A stretch of DNA of 64,000 nt from Nemertoderma westbladi. Lineage: Eukaryota; Animalia; Xenacoelomorpha. The notes beneath the pieces are model-generated. The model made no database searches and was not told where the DNA came from. It was given only the letters and a program-made list of their open reading frames with translations. Every line of letters begins with the position of its first letter. Position 1 is the stretch's first letter. The position numbers and the translations under genes were made by a program. Where the stretch lies: positions 133,464-197,463 of the forward strand of contig JAUCBJ010003383.1 of assembly GCA_032718475.1 (NCBI GenBank), in the 5' to 3' direction. Below, piece by piece: positions 62,126 through 64,000 of the stretch.

Positions 62126-62404
62126 GGTTGGGTGCAATCTCCACCCGCATCGAATATTCGCCCGCGTCAAACCTTCGCCCACGTCCAACCTTCGGCCGCG
62201 TCCAATCTTCGCCCGCATGCAATCTTTGCCCACAAGCAACCTTTGCCCGATACGAATTGTGTTAGTATCCATTTAGGTTACCAATTGAAGGAAAGGTGCA
62301 GGTTACAGAGTCGGATATTTCTAACCAAAACAATAAATGATGTCGTTACCAATTGAAGGAAAGGATCAGGTTACAGAGACGGCTTTTTCTAACCAAAACA
62401 ATAA
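62126..62404. mobile_element. Truncated MITE just upstream of cyclase B
   Basis: 17-bp subterminal repeats (CAACCTTCGCCCGCGTC-like) and a tandemly duplicated core AGGAAAGG..CAGGTTACAGAG...CTAACCAAAACAATAA. Confidence 0.6.
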
Positions 62405-62409
62405 TTGTT

Positions 62410-64000
62410 TATCGGATGAAATATACCTATTCCGATATCGCTGGCGTCTCCAAAAACATGGAGTTGATAGGAATACGTGGGGAGAACGTGACCGAAATAC
62501 GAGTGGGAAATGTTAAAGTTCTCGATGGCTGGTAAAGAATCCTCCCACTTCATCCACTTCTTTAGCAGTTTTCCCTGGAGTGGATCATCCCAAGAGTGGT
62601 TTTCGAGCCACATTTGTTGCACCAGACTCTAAGTGACTAGGATTACGGGACTAATGAATCCCAATGGGTCGAAATAAGTGCTCAGAATACTCAGGCAAAT
62701 CCGTTTAGTTCGAACAGGATTTTCGCATTGTTTCATTTGGAAGATTAAAATGTCTCTCTCCGTGTCCTATTTCAGTCCATGGGTTTTGGTTTCTGGTAGA
62801 TCATCCTTAATGAGGTCAAGCTCTTTAACACCTCGTTCTTCCACTGGGATCGATTCCAGGAACTCACGGGAGTTACTAGTTCCCTTGGCAACCGCAATTG
62901 CTTCTTCCACCGAGGGGAGGGACTTAAGGTTGTCATCCATGTAAATATCTCATTTGATGTTGTCGATAACTGCTTTAGAGAAGGTGTCTCTATTATGGTC
63001 GGCAGTGGTGCATACTACCAAACAAGCATTCGAGGGGCTAGATATGATCCCAAAAGCCTGGATGGTCATCCAGTACTCTACCTGTTGTCGGTTGAGGTTT
63101 CCTTCAGGCCACCACAGAAATCATAGGCTATCTCGATACCGAGGTAACGCTTTAACTTGCAGAAACATGCCTTCATTGTCGGATGCGAAGGTGATAGAAT
63201 ATTGCCGGAGTCGTAAAAATATTCCCATCCAATAATGATTGAAGTAAGTTGGGTCCCGGCAACAGTTCAGTATTTAGGGATTGTCCCTTATAAAGGGCGG
63301 AGCCGTTGAATACTACCCGGACTTCGTCTGGTTTACTGGGTTTAGGAACATGATGATGGGTTAAGTAATACGTTCTCTCTGTTATGGTTGCTTCCACCGG
63401 AACTCGCTCCGCATATCCTTTATCTCTAAATTTCTTTAATTGCGTCTTATACATCTCTTTAGCTCGATCGTTGGATGATAAGCGCCGGTGCAGTTGTTCG
63501 ATTCTTTTGATGGCTAAAGGTCGGTTATTAATAAAGCTGGGTTCTCTCTGCCTAAAAGGCAGACCAATCTCGAAACGACCCTCATCCTTAATGTAATGAG
63601 TAGTTGTAACCTGGATTTGTTTAGCTCTCTCTTCCTCTACTGATAACGCTTTATTGTAAGAGTTGGGTTCTACAGCTTCCTGGGTAAAGAATCGCACTGC
63701 GTGTTCATCGCGTAATTTATTGTTATATCGCTCTACTACCTCATTAAGTTCGTCATCATCATAAGCTAATAGTTCGTTATTTTGCTGTATGAGATTACAC
63801 AAAGTCGATTGATTAGTCCAAGTTTGAGTCTCAGTGGGGAGTTCAATAGTGTTATTCTCGTTGTATAGAGTCTGAATATCGTCATTGTCTGAGGAGCATG
63901 AAGTTCCTTCACCTATGATGTCCTCTTCTTTCATGGTTTCCACACACTCTCTTACCTGATGGATTTGTTCACTTTCTAATCTTTCCTTCAAAGTCCTTCT
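62410..64000 (-). pseudogene. BEL/Pao LTR retrotransposon pol fragment (RT and RNase H), degenerate, continues beyond the window
   Basis: GRFEIGLPF, YYLTHHHVPKPSKPDEVRVVFNGSA...SLNTELLPGPNLL, YMDD at about 62935, FDPLGFISP, WDDPL and LHVFGDAS. Frameshifts and stops. Confidence 0.92.

Overview
This is eukaryotic DNA from an AT-rich, repeat-dense invertebrate animal genome; the taxon cannot be determined from the sequence. Three spliced host genes can be rebuilt by hand. (i) A five-exon SAM-dependent methyltransferase of the juvenile-hormone-acid O-methyltransferase (JHAMT)-like family on + (6425-17983, 313 aa). The ORF track misses most of it, and it has an unusual C-terminal transmembrane helix followed by a ...DADEF tail. 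(ii, iii) Two tandem two-exon cyclase-family (kynurenine formamidase/isatin hydrolase-like) paralogues on - (29314-31800 and 45144-62020). Both have signal peptides; only the first has a GPI-type hydrophobic tail, and the second has a 16-kb intron filled with satellite. The rest is mobile and repetitive DNA: an apparently intact piggyBac (TTAA TSD, with a duplicated 5' start region), an apparently intact Kolobok-type DNA transposon (TTAA TSD), and a 4.5-kb TIR/TSD-bounded composite holding an RTE LINE and a foldback. There are also degenerate RTE, CR1-like, Penelope and BEL/Pao fragments, tRNA-derived SINEs, many MITEs and four tandem arrays (31, 63, 21/28 and 32 bp units). No prokaryotic system or CRISPR array is present. 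All calls come from manual reading and translation; no database search was run.
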